The notes under the pieces: generated by a model
Databases searched by the model: none
The model's input: only the letters and a program-made list of their open reading frames with translations
What the model was told of the DNA's origin: nothing
Shown: piece after piece, positions 29,420 through 39,830 of the stretch
Numbering within the stretch: the stretch's first letter is position 1
How the letters are laid out: every line of letters begins with the position of its first letter
Made by a program: the position numbers and the translations under genes
Sequence record: DRR378314_135
Length of the DNA: 64,000 bases
Reading direction: 5' to 3' (one strand)

Positions 29420-31900
29420 TCAAGCCGACGCAACCTGGGACACGGTATCGGGCCCTGCCATCACCGAAGCCATGCAGCGCAGCAGATGCTGCTTGTTGAT
29501 CGGCTTGGACAGAAAGGAATTCATGCCAGCCGCCGCGCAGGCCTCCCTGTCGCTGGCAAAGGCATTGGCGGTCAGCGCCACTATGGGTGGTTGAAAGCTC
29601 TGCTCGTTGCGGATCAAACGCGTGGCCGTGAGCCCATCCATCACGGGCATGGACATGTCCATCAGCACCACATCCGGCTGACAACTCGCGCAGAGTTCAA
29701 CCGCCTCCAGCCCGTTCTGTGCCTCGATCAATTCAACCGACAGGTCAGAGAGATATTTGCGGATCAACAGACGATTTGTGCGATTGTCCTCCGCCAGGAG
29801 AACCTTGCTGCCGCGAATGCGGTCCAGATCAGGTTCCAACCTGGCCGCGGGTGCCCCCAGCTCGCCCACCGGCGGATTGCACTGGACATAGAGTGAGAAG
29901 CAGCTGCCCTCGCCCGGCGTAGAGCACACGGTGATGTCGCCCCCCATCTGACTGGCCAGATGGCGGGAAATCGTAAGACCGAGCCCGGTACCGCCAAACG
30001 CACGCGTCGTCGCTGCATCCGCTTGTGAGAACCGCTCAAAAATATTGCGCAACTGAAGTTGCGAAAGTCCAATACCGGTATCGTCTACATCAATGGTCAA
30101 CGCATAGGGGTTGCCCTTGGCACGCATCACGCGGACATCGATCCGCCCGGAAGAGGTGAATTTGACGGCGTTCCCGACAAGGTTCACGAGGATTTGCCGC
30201 AACCGACCATCGTCCGTGCGCACCCGGGCCGGCAGGTCGGGCGCATAGTCGACGTTCAGCAATAGCCCCTTGTCCTGCGCGACAGGCCGCAAAAGGTCGA
30301 TCGCGCTTTCGACACATGTTTCAAGGTTGAAATCCACATCTGTCAGCGACAGCTTTCCCGTCTCGAGACGCGACAAATCAAGGATATCATTGATAATCTT
30401 CAGAAGCGCCTTGGAAGACGTGCGAATGACCTGCACGTATTGCTCTTCTTCTTCCGGCAGATCGGACTCCGACAGGAGATCAGCCATCCCGATGATACCG
30501 TTCATGGGCGTGCGGATTTCATGGCTCATGTTCGCAAGGAACTCGGACTTGGCGCGGTCTGCCTTTTCGGCGGCCAGCTTTGCATCGGCAAGCTCTGCCG
30601 CATTGCGTTTGGATGCGGTGACATCGCGTTCGATCCCGATCACCATGCGCAGTTCGCCAGCTTCATCCTGCACCGGCACAAGGTTTGTATCGACCCAGAT
30701 TTTCTCGCCCGACTTGGTATAGTTCAGGATTTGCCTGTGCAAACGCTCACCGCGCGCGATATGTTCGGCGATCTCCCGAACCGTGGTCAGGTCGGTCTCC
30801 GCCCCGTTCAAAAGATCGCCCGGCCGCTGCCCCTTTGCCTCTTCGATGCTGTAGCCGGTCATTCGGGTAAAGGCGGCATTGACCCAAAAGATACAGCCGT
30901 CAGCTCCGGAAAGAATGATGCTGTCGGAGGCGTTCTGAGCCACGGTCGACAGTTGCTCCAGCTCCACCTGCTTGTGCTGCAACTCCTGTTCGCGCGTGCG
31001 CAGTTTCTTGATCGCGCTGCGCCGGACAGCGGACAACCGGCAGGCCATATAGGTGGGAACGATGATCAGCACGCCAGCCGTGAGCAGGATCAAGCGCATA
31101 GGCCACAGATTCTGCGGCTCACTGGACCAGCCACCGCGCGGGGTCGCTGCCATTTGCCAGGTTCCCGTCGGCAGGGCGATATCCATCAGAACGGCATCGC
31201 GCTCAAAAATCGCCTCATCTCCGTAAAAGACGTCGCCTTGCTCTCCCATTCCATCACGTCCAGCCAAGGCGATATCGAGTGTCGCGCTTGCGTCGGTCAG
31301 TCCGGCATCTGCATAGACAATCTGCGCATCCACAACCGTTGAAACGATGCCCCAGAATCGCCGTTCCTCGCCTTCATCGACAAAGATCGGAAAACGACCG
31401 ATGAATCCGCGCCCCCCCTGAACCAGATCGACAGGGCCTGCCAGCACCACATTGTCAATGTCGCGCGCACGCAGTGCGGCTTCTCTTTGGGCATCGTTTT
31501 GATTGTAGTCCAAGCCGAGGGCGGCCTTGTTGCGTTCATACGGATAGACCATCGTCACCACGAGATCTGGCGCAACCGCGATGTTCAGGATTTCTGGCAT
31601 GTCGCCGACAGCGATGGAGGCGATCTCGCTGAAACGCTCCTGTGACATGGTCCGATCAAGCGCCAGAACGGCCACCAGTCCCTTGATCAGCTGGAGGTCG
31701 GCATTCAGATGCCCTTCAAGGCGAGATCGGATCAAACCGGCCTCGCTCTGCACATCCGCGCGCAGGCTTTGTTGGTGGATCGTTCGGTTCTGTTGCTCTG
31801 CGAAAATCAGCGCGACAATGACCACAAGCAAAGCGATCAATGTTGGCAGATAGGTCCGGTTCACCACAGCCAAACCGGCTACTCGGCCCCAATGGCGCAC
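29420..31900 (-). CDS. Hybrid sensor histidine kinase (CHASE-PAS-HisKA-HATPase-REC)
   Basis: AGPVDLVQGG (CHASE), VN.AF..MTGY (PAS), FLANMSHEIRTPMNG, NAVKFT, GGTGLGL, DMSMPVMDG. Confidence 0.92.
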   Translation of the reverse strand: MRHWGRVAGLAVVNRTYLPTLIALLVVIVALIFAEQQNRTIHQQSLRADVQSEAGLIRSRLEGHLNADLQLIKGLVAVLALDRTMSQERFSEIASIAVGDMPEILNIAVAPDLVVTMVYPYERNKAALGLDYNQNDAQREAALRARDIDNVVLAGPVDLVQGGRGFIGRFPIFVDEGEERRFWGIVSTVVDAQIVYADAGLTDASATLDIALAGRDGMGEQGDVFYGDEAIFERDAVLMDIALPTGTWQMAATPRGGWSSEPQNLWPMRLILLTAGVLIIVPTYMACRLSAVRRSAIKKLRTREQELQHKQVELEQLSTVAQNASDSIILSGADGCIFWVNAAFTRMTGYSIEEAKGQRPGDLLNGAETDLTTVREIAEHIARGERLHRQILNYTKSGEKIWVDTNLVPVQDEAGELRMVIGIERDVTASKRNAAELADAKLAAEKADRAKSEFLANMSHEIRTPMNGIIGMADLLSESDLPEEEEQYVQVIRTSSKALLKIINDILDLSRLETGKLSLTDVDFNLETCVESAIDLLRPVAQDKGLLLNVDYAPDLPARVRTDDGRLRQILVNLVGNAVKFTSSGRIDVRVMRAKGNPYALTIDVDDTGIGLSQLQLRNIFERFSQADAATTRAFGGTGLGLTISRHLASQMGGDITVCSTPGEGSCFSLYVQCNPPVGELGAPAARLEPDLDRIRGSKVLLAEDNRTNRLLIRKYLSDLSVELIEAQNGLEAVELCASCQPDVVLMDMSMPVMDGLTATRLIRNEQSFQPPIVALTANAFASDREACAAAGMNSFLSKPINKQHLLRCMASVMAGPDTVSQVASA

Positions 31901-32129
31901 CGCTTATGCCTCCGTGTCATAACAGGATCCTCAACAAGATGACTGACTACATTCTCGCAGCTAAAACTTCCCGGATCGTTAACCTACAATCATTCCGGCG
32001 CCTGCCCTGAAGACATGCGAATCTTTGAAAGATTGAAATCTATTGAGCCGGAAACGCAAGAGGTTGATCGGCATCACGCGCAACGGGGGCGCAACGCCAT
32101 GCCAATGCATCCCTAGACCGCGCGGGCGT

Positions 32130-32948
32130 TCACTGATCCCGGAGGACGCAATGACGCCCGATCGGAAGCATCATCGGCGCACCTGAGACCGGGTCAGACA
32201 CGACCTGACAATCGAGCCCGAACACCCGAGCAACCATTTGCGGCGTCAGCACATCAGACGGGTGCCCCATTCCTTCAAGCCGACCGGCCACCATCGCCGC
32301 GAGCCAATCGCAATAGCGCGCAGCAAGGTTCAGATCGTGCAACACCATGACGATGGTCGTGCCGCGCGTGCGATTGAGATCCACGAGAAGGTCAAGAACC
32401 TCAATCTGGTGATTGATATCGAGAAACGTTGTCGGCTCGTCCAGCAGCAGTATGCCCGTTTCCTGCGCAAGTGCCATCGCGATCCAGACCCGCTGGCGCT
32501 GCCCGCCAGACAGTTCGTCAACATCGCGATCCGCAAGGTCGGCAATGCCCATGGCCTGCAGCGCCGTGGCGACGGCAGCGTCATCCTGCGCCGACCACCT
32601 TGCCCATAACCCCTGATGCGGGTGGCGCCCACGGCCAACCAGGTCGAGCACCGAAATACCGTCCGGCGCAACCGGGCTTTGTGGCAAGAGACCCAAAGCA
32701 CGTGCCAGTTCCTTTGGCGGCATGCGGTGGATCGATGCCCCGTCAAGCAGCACCTCGCCTTTGAAAGGTCGCAGCAGACGCGACAGGCTACGCAACAAGG
32801 TGGATTTGCCACAGGCGTTTGCACCGACAATTGCCGTGATCTGCCCCTCCGGCACGGTAAAATCCAGTCCCTCAAGTATGGCGCGGTCTCCGTATCGGGT
32901 CTCCAGTCCGGTCGCGATCAGGGATTTCCGTCTCAGATGCAGGTTCAA
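32130..32948 (-). CDS. Iron-siderophore ABC transporter ATPase (FepC/FhuC-like)
   Basis: GANACGKST, LSGGQRQRVWIAMALAQ, DEPTTFLD. Confidence 0.93.
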   Translation of the reverse strand: MNLHLRRKSLIATGLETRYGDRAILEGLDFTVPEGQITAIVGANACGKSTLLRSLSRLLRPFKGEVLLDGASIHRMPPKELARALGLLPQSPVAPDGISVLDLVGRGRHPHQGLWARWSAQDDAAVATALQAMGIADLADRDVDELSGGQRQRVWIAMALAQETGILLLDEPTTFLDINHQIEVLDLLVDLNRTRGTTIVMVLHDLNLAARYCDWLAAMVAGRLEGMGHPSDVLTPQMVARVFGLDCQVVSDPVSGAPMMLPIGRHCVLRDQ

Positions 32949-33994
32949 GACAGCGCTCCTTTGCGGTGCATGCGAATGAGAAGATAGAGCAGATAGGGTG
33001 CCCCCAATGCGCCGGTGACAATCCCGACCGGATAACGCGACGGCAAGAGAAACTGCCCGGCATAATCGGCAGCGAGCACAAGCACGGCACCCGTCAGCGC
33101 AGACGTCATTAAGAGCGGGCCACTGGCGCGTGTCATCCGCGAGGCAATCGGGCGAGACAGGAACGCAACAAAGGCGATCGGACCACAGACGGCGGTGGCG
33201 ACCGCAATCACCCCTACCGCCGACAGAACGACAAGCAAGCGGGTGCGCGCCACTGAGGCCCCAATGGCTGCTGCGGCCTCATCCCCCATTTGGAGCGCAC
33301 CGAGCGCCCGCCCCTGCAGCAGAAGCATGCCGCCGCAAATCCCCAGTGTCACGATCACCGGCACCGCCTGCATCAGTGTCGCGCCGTTCAAGGTGCCGGT
33401 CAGCCAGCGCAGGGCTTCTTCCAGGCTCCAGGCCGGGGCTTTGGACAGCGTGTAGGCGGTGACACTCTGCAGCATCGCCGCAACGCCGATCCCGATCAGG
33501 ATAAGCCGCCCGCCTGCCACACCATCGCGCCACGCCAGCAGGTAGATCACCATGGCGACCACAAGCGCGGCCAGCACGGCAAACACAGAGACCAGCCCGC
33601 CGGATGCTCCGAAAAAGACGATGGCAAAGACCGCTGCGGCACCCGCTCCAGCGGAAATTCCGATGATATCAGGACTGGCAAGCGGATTTCGCAATAAGAC
33701 CTGGAACGCCGCCCCGGCAAGGCCGAAGCTGAGGCCGCCAACCGCCCCGAGAACCGCCCGTGGCAGGCGCAGTTCACGCACCGTGAACCCGACTCCGGGC
33801 ACCTCATGCCCCCATAGCACCCGGATCACATCAAGCGGCGCAGTCACGGATTGGCCGATGGCCAGCGTAACACACACCAACGCCATCAAAAGCGCGCCCA
33901 GCAGCACGCAAAGGCGCCGCAGCTCTCGGCGACGGCGGTCGCGCTGCAGGCGGATGCTCTGGATCAATGGCGCAGGCGCTGCGAGGGTTTTCAT
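32945..33994 (-). CDS. Iron-siderophore ABC permease (FecCD family, FepG-like)
   Basis: LRLPR, RNPLASPD, GPIAFVA, PVGIVTG. Confidence 0.92.
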   Translation of the reverse strand: MKTLAAPAPLIQSIRLQRDRRRRELRRLCVLLGALLMALVCVTLAIGQSVTAPLDVIRVLWGHEVPGVGFTVRELRLPRAVLGAVGGLSFGLAGAAFQVLLRNPLASPDIIGISAGAGAAAVFAIVFFGASGGLVSVFAVLAALVVAMVIYLLAWRDGVAGGRLILIGIGVAAMLQSVTAYTLSKAPAWSLEEALRWLTGTLNGATLMQAVPVIVTLGICGGMLLLQGRALGALQMGDEAAAAIGASVARTRLLVVLSAVGVIAVATAVCGPIAFVAFLSRPIASRMTRASGPLLMTSALTGAVLVLAADYAGQFLLPSRYPVGIVTGALGAPYLLYLLIRMHRKGALS

Positions 33995-35055
33995 AGCTCA
34001 CGTATTCTCTTGCGGCGCACGATCGCAATGAAGACCGGCGCGCCGACAAAGGCGGTGACAACGCCAGCTTCCAGCTCTCCCGGACGGGCCAGGAAACGGC
34101 CCAGCACATCCGCCAGTGTGAGCAGGACTGCGCCACCCAGAGCGCTGAGCGGCAACAGGAGACGGTGATCGACGCCCGCAATCAATCGGCAGGCATGCGG
34201 GACCACAAGACCGACAAACCCGATCGGCCCGCAGATCGCCGTGGCTGCGGCACAGAGAAGAACTGCCCCCAGCGCCGCCATGAAACGCAGCCGGGCCACC
34301 CGTGTTCCAAGCACCGCTGCGGCCTCATCCCCAAGCGCAAGCATATTGAGCCCGCGCGCGCTGAGAAGCGACAGGAGCAGGCCCACGCCAAAGAAGGGCA
34401 ACATCGGGCGGATCGCCTCGAAGGTGGCACCGCCCACACCGCCGATCTGCCAAAGCTGAATTCCCCCGGCAATATCCCCGCGCGGCAGGATGATCGCGAG
34501 TGTCAGAGAGGCGAGCGCGACCGATGTGGCGGCACCCGCCAATGCAAGCTTCAACGGGGTTGCGCCCCCGCGACCAAGGCTGCCAACCGCATAGACAAAG
34601 ATCGCGGCAATTGCTGCGCCTGCGCTTGCCACCCAGAGGAAGCCAGTCAGCGACTGCATGTTGAACCACGCGACCGCAATCACAACAGCCATCGCAGCGC
34701 CGGCGTTGACGCCAAGAATGCCCGGATCGGCGAGCGGGTTCCGGGTAAGCCCCTGCATGACCGCTCCGGAAACGCCCAGCGCCGCCCCGGCCAGCGCCGC
34801 AAGGAGCGTTCGCGGCAAACGCATCTGAACAACGGCCTGCCCCAACGTCTCATTCCGCCCACTCAGACCACCCAGGACATCGCCCCAGCTCACGTCTCGG
34901 GCGCCGTAGCCCAATGACAGAAATGCCGAAACGCACAGCAGCGCCAGCAGCAGAGGGACCGCCCCCATCGCGCCGAGGTAGCGGCGAGACGGGGGCGGTG
35001 CGGGTACGTTTCGCCCCGTGCAGCCAGTGGTCGCTTCCTGGGCGATCGATGTCAT
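33991..35055 (-). CDS. Iron-siderophore ABC permease (FecCD family, FepD-like)
   Basis: RLPRT, TRNPLADPGILGV, GPIGFVGLVVPH. Confidence 0.92.
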   Translation of the reverse strand: MTSIAQEATTGCTGRNVPAPPPSRRYLGAMGAVPLLLALLCVSAFLSLGYGARDVSWGDVLGGLSGRNETLGQAVVQMRLPRTLLAALAGAALGVSGAVMQGLTRNPLADPGILGVNAGAAMAVVIAVAWFNMQSLTGFLWVASAGAAIAAIFVYAVGSLGRGGATPLKLALAGAATSVALASLTLAIILPRGDIAGGIQLWQIGGVGGATFEAIRPMLPFFGVGLLLSLLSARGLNMLALGDEAAAVLGTRVARLRFMAALGAVLLCAAATAICGPIGFVGLVVPHACRLIAGVDHRLLLPLSALGGAVLLTLADVLGRFLARPGELEAGVVTAFVGAPVFIAIVRRKRIREL

Positions 35056-36089
35056 TCGGCGTTCCGCGCAGCCTCAGCGAGGCGGGCAACATAGGTCTCG
35101 AGAACCCAGTCGATGGCCAGCGGTGTCGGGTTGGCTCCGGTCCCCATCGGGTCATTGGCCATCAGCACCAGCGCATCATTCTCGATCACCGGCATGCGCG
35201 CGGTCAGGGGGTTGTTCCTCAGGCTCTCCAAGAGGTCCTGCCCGCCATAGGTCACTGCAATGTCGACGTCGGTAAAACTGTCGATCCGCTCCACGCTGAT
35301 TTCGCCCGAGTACCGTCCTGCCTCAGTGGCATCGCGCACGCTTTGGGGGGAAATCATGCCGAGGTCTTCAAAGAACTGCACCCGCAGATCATTGGCCGAA
35401 TAGAACCGAATGACGCTCAGATCACGTGCCCGCAGATGCGTGATGAACATCGCGCGTTTTCCGGCGATTTCCGGGTATTTGGCGGTGATCGCGGCGATCT
35501 TGTCCTCGATTTCAGCAACAAGTGCCTCCCCTTCCTGCGCCATTCCCATGGCGGTGGAATTGAGGCGGATCACCTCGCGCCAGCTGGTCGCCCAGGGCCC
35601 GACGCTATAGGCGACCACCGGAGCAATCTTGCTCAGCGTATCGTAGTCGGACTGGCTGATGCCGGAATAGGCAGCCAGGATCAGATCGGGCTCGGTGGCG
35701 GCGACCGCTTCGAAGTCAATGCCATCGCCCTCGTCGAACAGCGGCGGCATGTCCGCATCCAGTTCGGCAAGCCTCTCTTCGACCCAAGGAAAGACACCAT
35801 TGTCGTCGTCATCCCCGAAGTTGACCTTGGCAAAGCCCACGGGCACCACCCCAAGCGCCAACGGCACTTCGTGATTGCTCCAGCCGATCGCCGCGATACG
35901 GGTGGGTTTCTGCGCCACGACCGTGGTGCCCAGCGCGTGTTCCACAACGACCGGGAAGGTCTGCGCGGCGACGCTGGCGTCCTCCTGTGCCATGGCCGGG
36001 ACGGCGCCAATAGCCGCGAGCGCTGCAAAGGCCAGCAGGACGCCGGAACGCCCCTGTTTCAGACAACGACGGAACAGCTGAGACATCAT
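35052..36089 (-). CDS. Iron-siderophore ABC substrate-binding protein
   Basis: HALGTT, LALGVVPVG, IDFEAVA...PDLILAAYSG, LSKIAP; GAGGAGG RBS before the ATG at 36089. Confidence 0.9.
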   Translation of the reverse strand: MMSQLFRRCLKQGRSGVLLAFAALAAIGAVPAMAQEDASVAAQTFPVVVEHALGTTVVAQKPTRIAAIGWSNHEVPLALGVVPVGFAKVNFGDDDDNGVFPWVEERLAELDADMPPLFDEGDGIDFEAVAATEPDLILAAYSGISQSDYDTLSKIAPVVAYSVGPWATSWREVIRLNSTAMGMAQEGEALVAEIEDKIAAITAKYPEIAGKRAMFITHLRARDLSVIRFYSANDLRVQFFEDLGMISPQSVRDATEAGRYSGEISVERIDSFTDVDIAVTYGGQDLLESLRNNPLTARMPVIENDALVLMANDPMGTGANPTPLAIDWVLETYVARLAEAARNAE

Positions 36090-36213
36090 GAACCTCCTCG
36101 ACGTCAATGATCTCCATTCCCATTTCGAGTTTCACGATGCCCCTCACCGGTCAACCGAAGCAGGCAGGAAAATCAGGGCCAAACCGCCACCAAGGCGGAA
36201 ACAACCAGAGAAA

Positions 36214-36230
36214 CTGACCAAAAAAGTCGA
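36214..36230. promoter_or_regulatory. Iron-Rhodo-box-like operator CTGACCAAAAAAGTCGA
   Basis: TGAC-N7-GTC palindrome matching the Rhodobacteraceae iron box (CTGACtrawtyaGTCAG), in the divergent promoter of the siderophore genes. Confidence 0.55.
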
Positions 36231-36431
36231 TTTTTACAATACGCGCCACCTCCCGACGGATAGGCAGCGGCGCGAACATACGCCCGGCCACAGCCACGCA
36301 ACCACTTTCCCTCGGGTGAGCGCCGCCAGTCCCCCCGTGTGCTCTGTTCCCCTCGCCCGGTGGTCCTGGCTCTTGGACCATCAGACGAAGCCTCAGAAAC
36401 AGAAAAACAATAACCAGATGGGACCTCTAGG

Positions 36432-38531
36432 ATGACCCTTGAAACGCCAAACATCAAAGGCCGACGCCTGCGCGCCCTGATGGCAGGTTGCACGGCCCTG
36501 ATCGCCGTTCCGAGCCTTGCCATCGCGCAAGCCGATGACGAATTGATCGTGCTGGAACCGATCACGGTTCAAGCTCAGGACGACACGCAAACGCTGGTGG
36601 CAAGCGAAGTGACCTCCGGCTCCGGGCTTGCGACGGATGTGATGGACACCTCCGCCACAGTCTCGGTCGTAACCGCACGCGAAATCCAACAGCGCGGCGC
36701 CCAGACCATCGAGCAGGTGCTGAACTATACTGCAAGCGTGGTGACCGACTACTACGGCGCAGACAGTCGTTTCGACTACTTTAGAATCCGCGGTTTTGAT
36801 GCTTACACCTATCGGGACGGGCTGCGGGTCGGCGCCTCCTTCGGTGGGCTGCGCGAAGAGCCCTATGCGTTTGAACGGGTCGAGGTCGTGAAGGGCGGCA
36901 ACTCCACCACCTTTGGCGTGTCGGATCCCGGTGGGTCGGTGAACTTTGTCACCAAGACGCCAAAACAGGGTCGCCACGGCGAGGCCTATTTGTCGTTCGG
37001 CTCATTCAACAGCAAAGAAGTCGGGTTTGACTTCGGCGACGATCTGAATGCAGACGGGACCCTCTCCTATCGTCTGGTTGGCCTGGTGCGCGACGCAGAT
37101 GCCGAATGGGATTTTTCGCGTGATGACGAGACCTACCTGGGCGCAAGCATTGCCTGGCGTCCAACTGCGATGACCAGCCTCGTCTTTGCGGTGGACCGGC
37201 TGCACCGGGATGGCGTCCCGGGCGGTGGTGGCCATCCAATGGACACGGACTATGACGCCAGCCGCTATTTTGGCGAGCCTGATTTCAACTATCGTGGCGT
37301 TGATCGCAACACGGCCTCCCTCATGTTCAATCATGAGTTCGACAACGGGCTACAGCTGGGGGTGTCCGCGCGCTACACCGACAGTGCCTCCGACTACGGC
37401 TATGTCTATCTTGATGACCGCAGGAACATCGCGCCCGGCGCCAATGTGGTGGATCGTTTTCTGTTCGCCAACGATTCATCCGGCAATGACTTTGTCATAA
37501 ATGCAAATCTTCAGTATGACGCCAGCTTTGGCGCCATCGACAGCCGCACGCTGGTCGGTATCGAATATTCCGACAGCAGCGACTTCAACACGGCCTGGTG
37601 GTCCGCCGTCGACCCGATCGACCACACCAATTTCGCCTATACAGGCGGCGGCTATGACCTCGACAGTATCGCGCCCTACCAGGTGCGCCGTACAGATCAG
37701 ACCACAAAAAGCGTGTATCTGCAGGAAGAGCTGACCTTCAACGAGCAATGGATCGCCAACTTCGGCCTGCGCTACGACGAAGGTGAAACCACGCAGACCA
37801 ACCTGCAGACCGGCGCCACGTCAAGCGGCGACTACGGCGAGACAACCCTGCGGGCGGGTCTCCTTTACAAGGTCACGCCGGACCTGTCCGTCTACGGCAG
37901 CTATTCTGAATCCGTGATCCCGGCGGGCCTTACTGTTGAACCGGAACGTGGTCGTCAGTTGGAGGCAGGCGTCAAATACCGTCCGGCTGGTGGGCGTGCC
38001 TTGCTGTCCGCCTCGATTTACGATCTGACCAAACACAACATGACGGTCACAAACCCGACCACCATGATGGATGAGACCATCGGCGAGTCCAGCGTACGCG
38101 GTCTCGATCTCGAAGCGAAGGTTGACCTCTACCGGAACTTCTCGATCATTGCAGGCTACTCGCACCTTGACTCCGAAATCGTCGATGACGGTGACGGCGG
38201 CAATGAAGGCAACGCACTGCAGTTTGTTCCCAGCAATGTCGGCTCGCTCTGGGTGAACTACACGCTGGAGGGCGCTGGCAATCGGGGCGACATGGTGTTC
38301 GGACTTGGTGCGCGCTACACTGGCGCGATGTGGTACGACAATGCCAACACACGCGAGGGAGACTCCTTCACCGTGGTCGATGCCTCCTTCTCCTACGACA
38401 TCCAAGAGAATACCAACCTTCGCCTCAACGTCACCAACCTGTTTGACAAGAAACACATCTCAGGTGGCATCGGCGCAAATTGGTATTCACCCGCACGCAC
38501 CATCAGCGCCACCCTGACCCGTACCTGGTAG
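36432..38531 (+). CDS. TonB-dependent siderophore receptor (FhuA/FoxA-like)
   Basis: TonB box (ITVQA), IRGF, ERVEVVKG....FG...PGGSVN.VTK, NLFDK, C-terminal Trp. Confidence 0.92.
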   Translation: MTLETPNIKGRRLRALMAGCTALIAVPSLAIAQADDELIVLEPITVQAQDDTQTLVASEVTSGSGLATDVMDTSATVSVVTAREIQQRGAQTIEQVLNYTASVVTDYYGADSRFDYFRIRGFDAYTYRDGLRVGASFGGLREEPYAFERVEVVKGGNSTTFGVSDPGGSVNFVTKTPKQGRHGEAYLSFGSFNSKEVGFDFGDDLNADGTLSYRLVGLVRDADAEWDFSRDDETYLGASIAWRPTAMTSLVFAVDRLHRDGVPGGGGHPMDTDYDASRYFGEPDFNYRGVDRNTASLMFNHEFDNGLQLGVSARYTDSASDYGYVYLDDRRNIAPGANVVDRFLFANDSSGNDFVINANLQYDASFGAIDSRTLVGIEYSDSSDFNTAWWSAVDPIDHTNFAYTGGGYDLDSIAPYQVRRTDQTTKSVYLQEELTFNEQWIANFGLRYDEGETTQTNLQTGATSSGDYGETTLRAGLLYKVTPDLSVYGSYSESVIPAGLTVEPERGRQLEAGVKYRPAGGRALLSASIYDLTKHNMTVTNPTTMMDETIGESSVRGLDLEAKVDLYRNFSIIAGYSHLDSEIVDDGDGGNEGNALQFVPSNVGSLWVNYTLEGAGNRGDMVFGLGARYTGAMWYDNANTREGDSFTVVDASFSYDIQENTNLRLNVTNLFDKKHISGGIGANWYSPARTISATLTRTW

Positions 38532-38570
38532 CGCTGTTTTGCTTCAGTCCGGCCCTGTCATGGGGCCGGG

Positions 38571-39470
38571 CTACGCGTCTTCGCGATCATTCAACAGCCG
38601 CCGCCAGCTTGCCGGCGTATGCCCGGAGACATCCCGAAACACCTTGGTGAAATGGGACTGGTCCGAAAACCCGAGCCGTGCCGCTACGTCTGCCACGCTC
38701 AAATCCGTATCTCTCAGCAACCTTTGCGCGTTGCTCACCCGCCGGTTCTTCTGCCATCTGACAGGTGTCACTCCAGTGGTGCTCTTGAAGACATGCGAGA
38801 ACCAGCTTTCCGACAGGCCGACCAATTGCGCCATCTCAGAGATCGACATGCGCTGCCCGCCGCGCTGGTCAAATCCCTGTCGCAGCTTTCGCATCTGGTG
38901 CGCAGTCAATCGTCCGGCACTGGGTTTTGCCTTGGACAGCGCCGGAGAGAGCGCTGCAATCACCATCGCGCAGGACAAGCTTTCAAAGTAGAATTCATCA
39001 TGCGCCGGATCGGAAATCTCCGACATCAACAGATGCGCAAGGGCCTCGACTTGAGGAGAGCCTTCGGTGCTGATCGTGCGGCTGAACATGTCATCAACCA
39101 CATGCTCCCCCAGCGAGGGCGTCAACAATTGACGCAACCAGGCCGCTTCGAAATGCAGGTCCAGATGGCGGAATTCATGCGCCTTGCTGAAATAACTGCT
39201 CAGTGACTGCCCCGCCGGAACGAACAGCGCCGTCGACAGCGACTGGCCACTCCGCGCTGCAGCGTCGTGACCCTCACTGATGCGCACGCAGGACATGTCA
39301 TCGAGAAAGACCATCAACCTGGGCACATCCGACCAATATGATCCATGGGCACCAGCATCTCCTCTGGCTTCCCAGTGTATCCCCAGCATCCGCGCGCAGC
39401 ATCGCCATCGCGCCGGAACCGTGACCTCGATACCCTCGGTCTTCCCCTCGAAATTTTGAAGCAACCCCAC
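38571..39470 (-). CDS. AraC-family transcriptional regulator (likely of siderophore uptake)
   Basis: C-terminal double HTH: LSESWFSHVFK..TG.TP, GFSDQSHFTKVF. Confidence 0.92.
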   Translation of the reverse strand: MGLLQNFEGKTEGIEVTVPARWRCCARMLGIHWEARGDAGAHGSYWSDVPRLMVFLDDMSCVRISEGHDAAARSGQSLSTALFVPAGQSLSSYFSKAHEFRHLDLHFEAAWLRQLLTPSLGEHVVDDMFSRTISTEGSPQVEALAHLLMSEISDPAHDEFYFESLSCAMVIAALSPALSKAKPSAGRLTAHQMRKLRQGFDQRGGQRMSISEMAQLVGLSESWFSHVFKSTTGVTPVRWQKNRRVSNAQRLLRDTDLSVADVAARLGFSDQSHFTKVFRDVSGHTPASWRRLLNDREDA

Positions 39471-39830
39471 CGCGTCATCTCCACGCTCTGTTCAGATTGC
39501 CTGATGGCGAGGCTGTCCTAGAGGGCTCGACACGGAAGTGGCGCCGGTCAAACTGTCCTATAGGCATGGCGGGCTGTCAGGTAGATTACAGCCCTTGAAT
39601 ACAACTCGCGACCCAAACTGTCCATCGGTCAACACCGGCATCGACGCCGCCTTGCAGTTGCACGGTGGCCAAAACACGTGCCTGAAGACAGTCTAAAGCC
39701 ATGCTGGAACACGCTTGCCTGTGCTCACTTAGCCCAGTCACGCCAAAGCGGCGCGTATTTCACAGATGGCGAAATCTTCCGGCTCGGTCAGCTATCGGTG
39801 CAGGTCGAGATGCAGTCGAAGGCGCATCTT

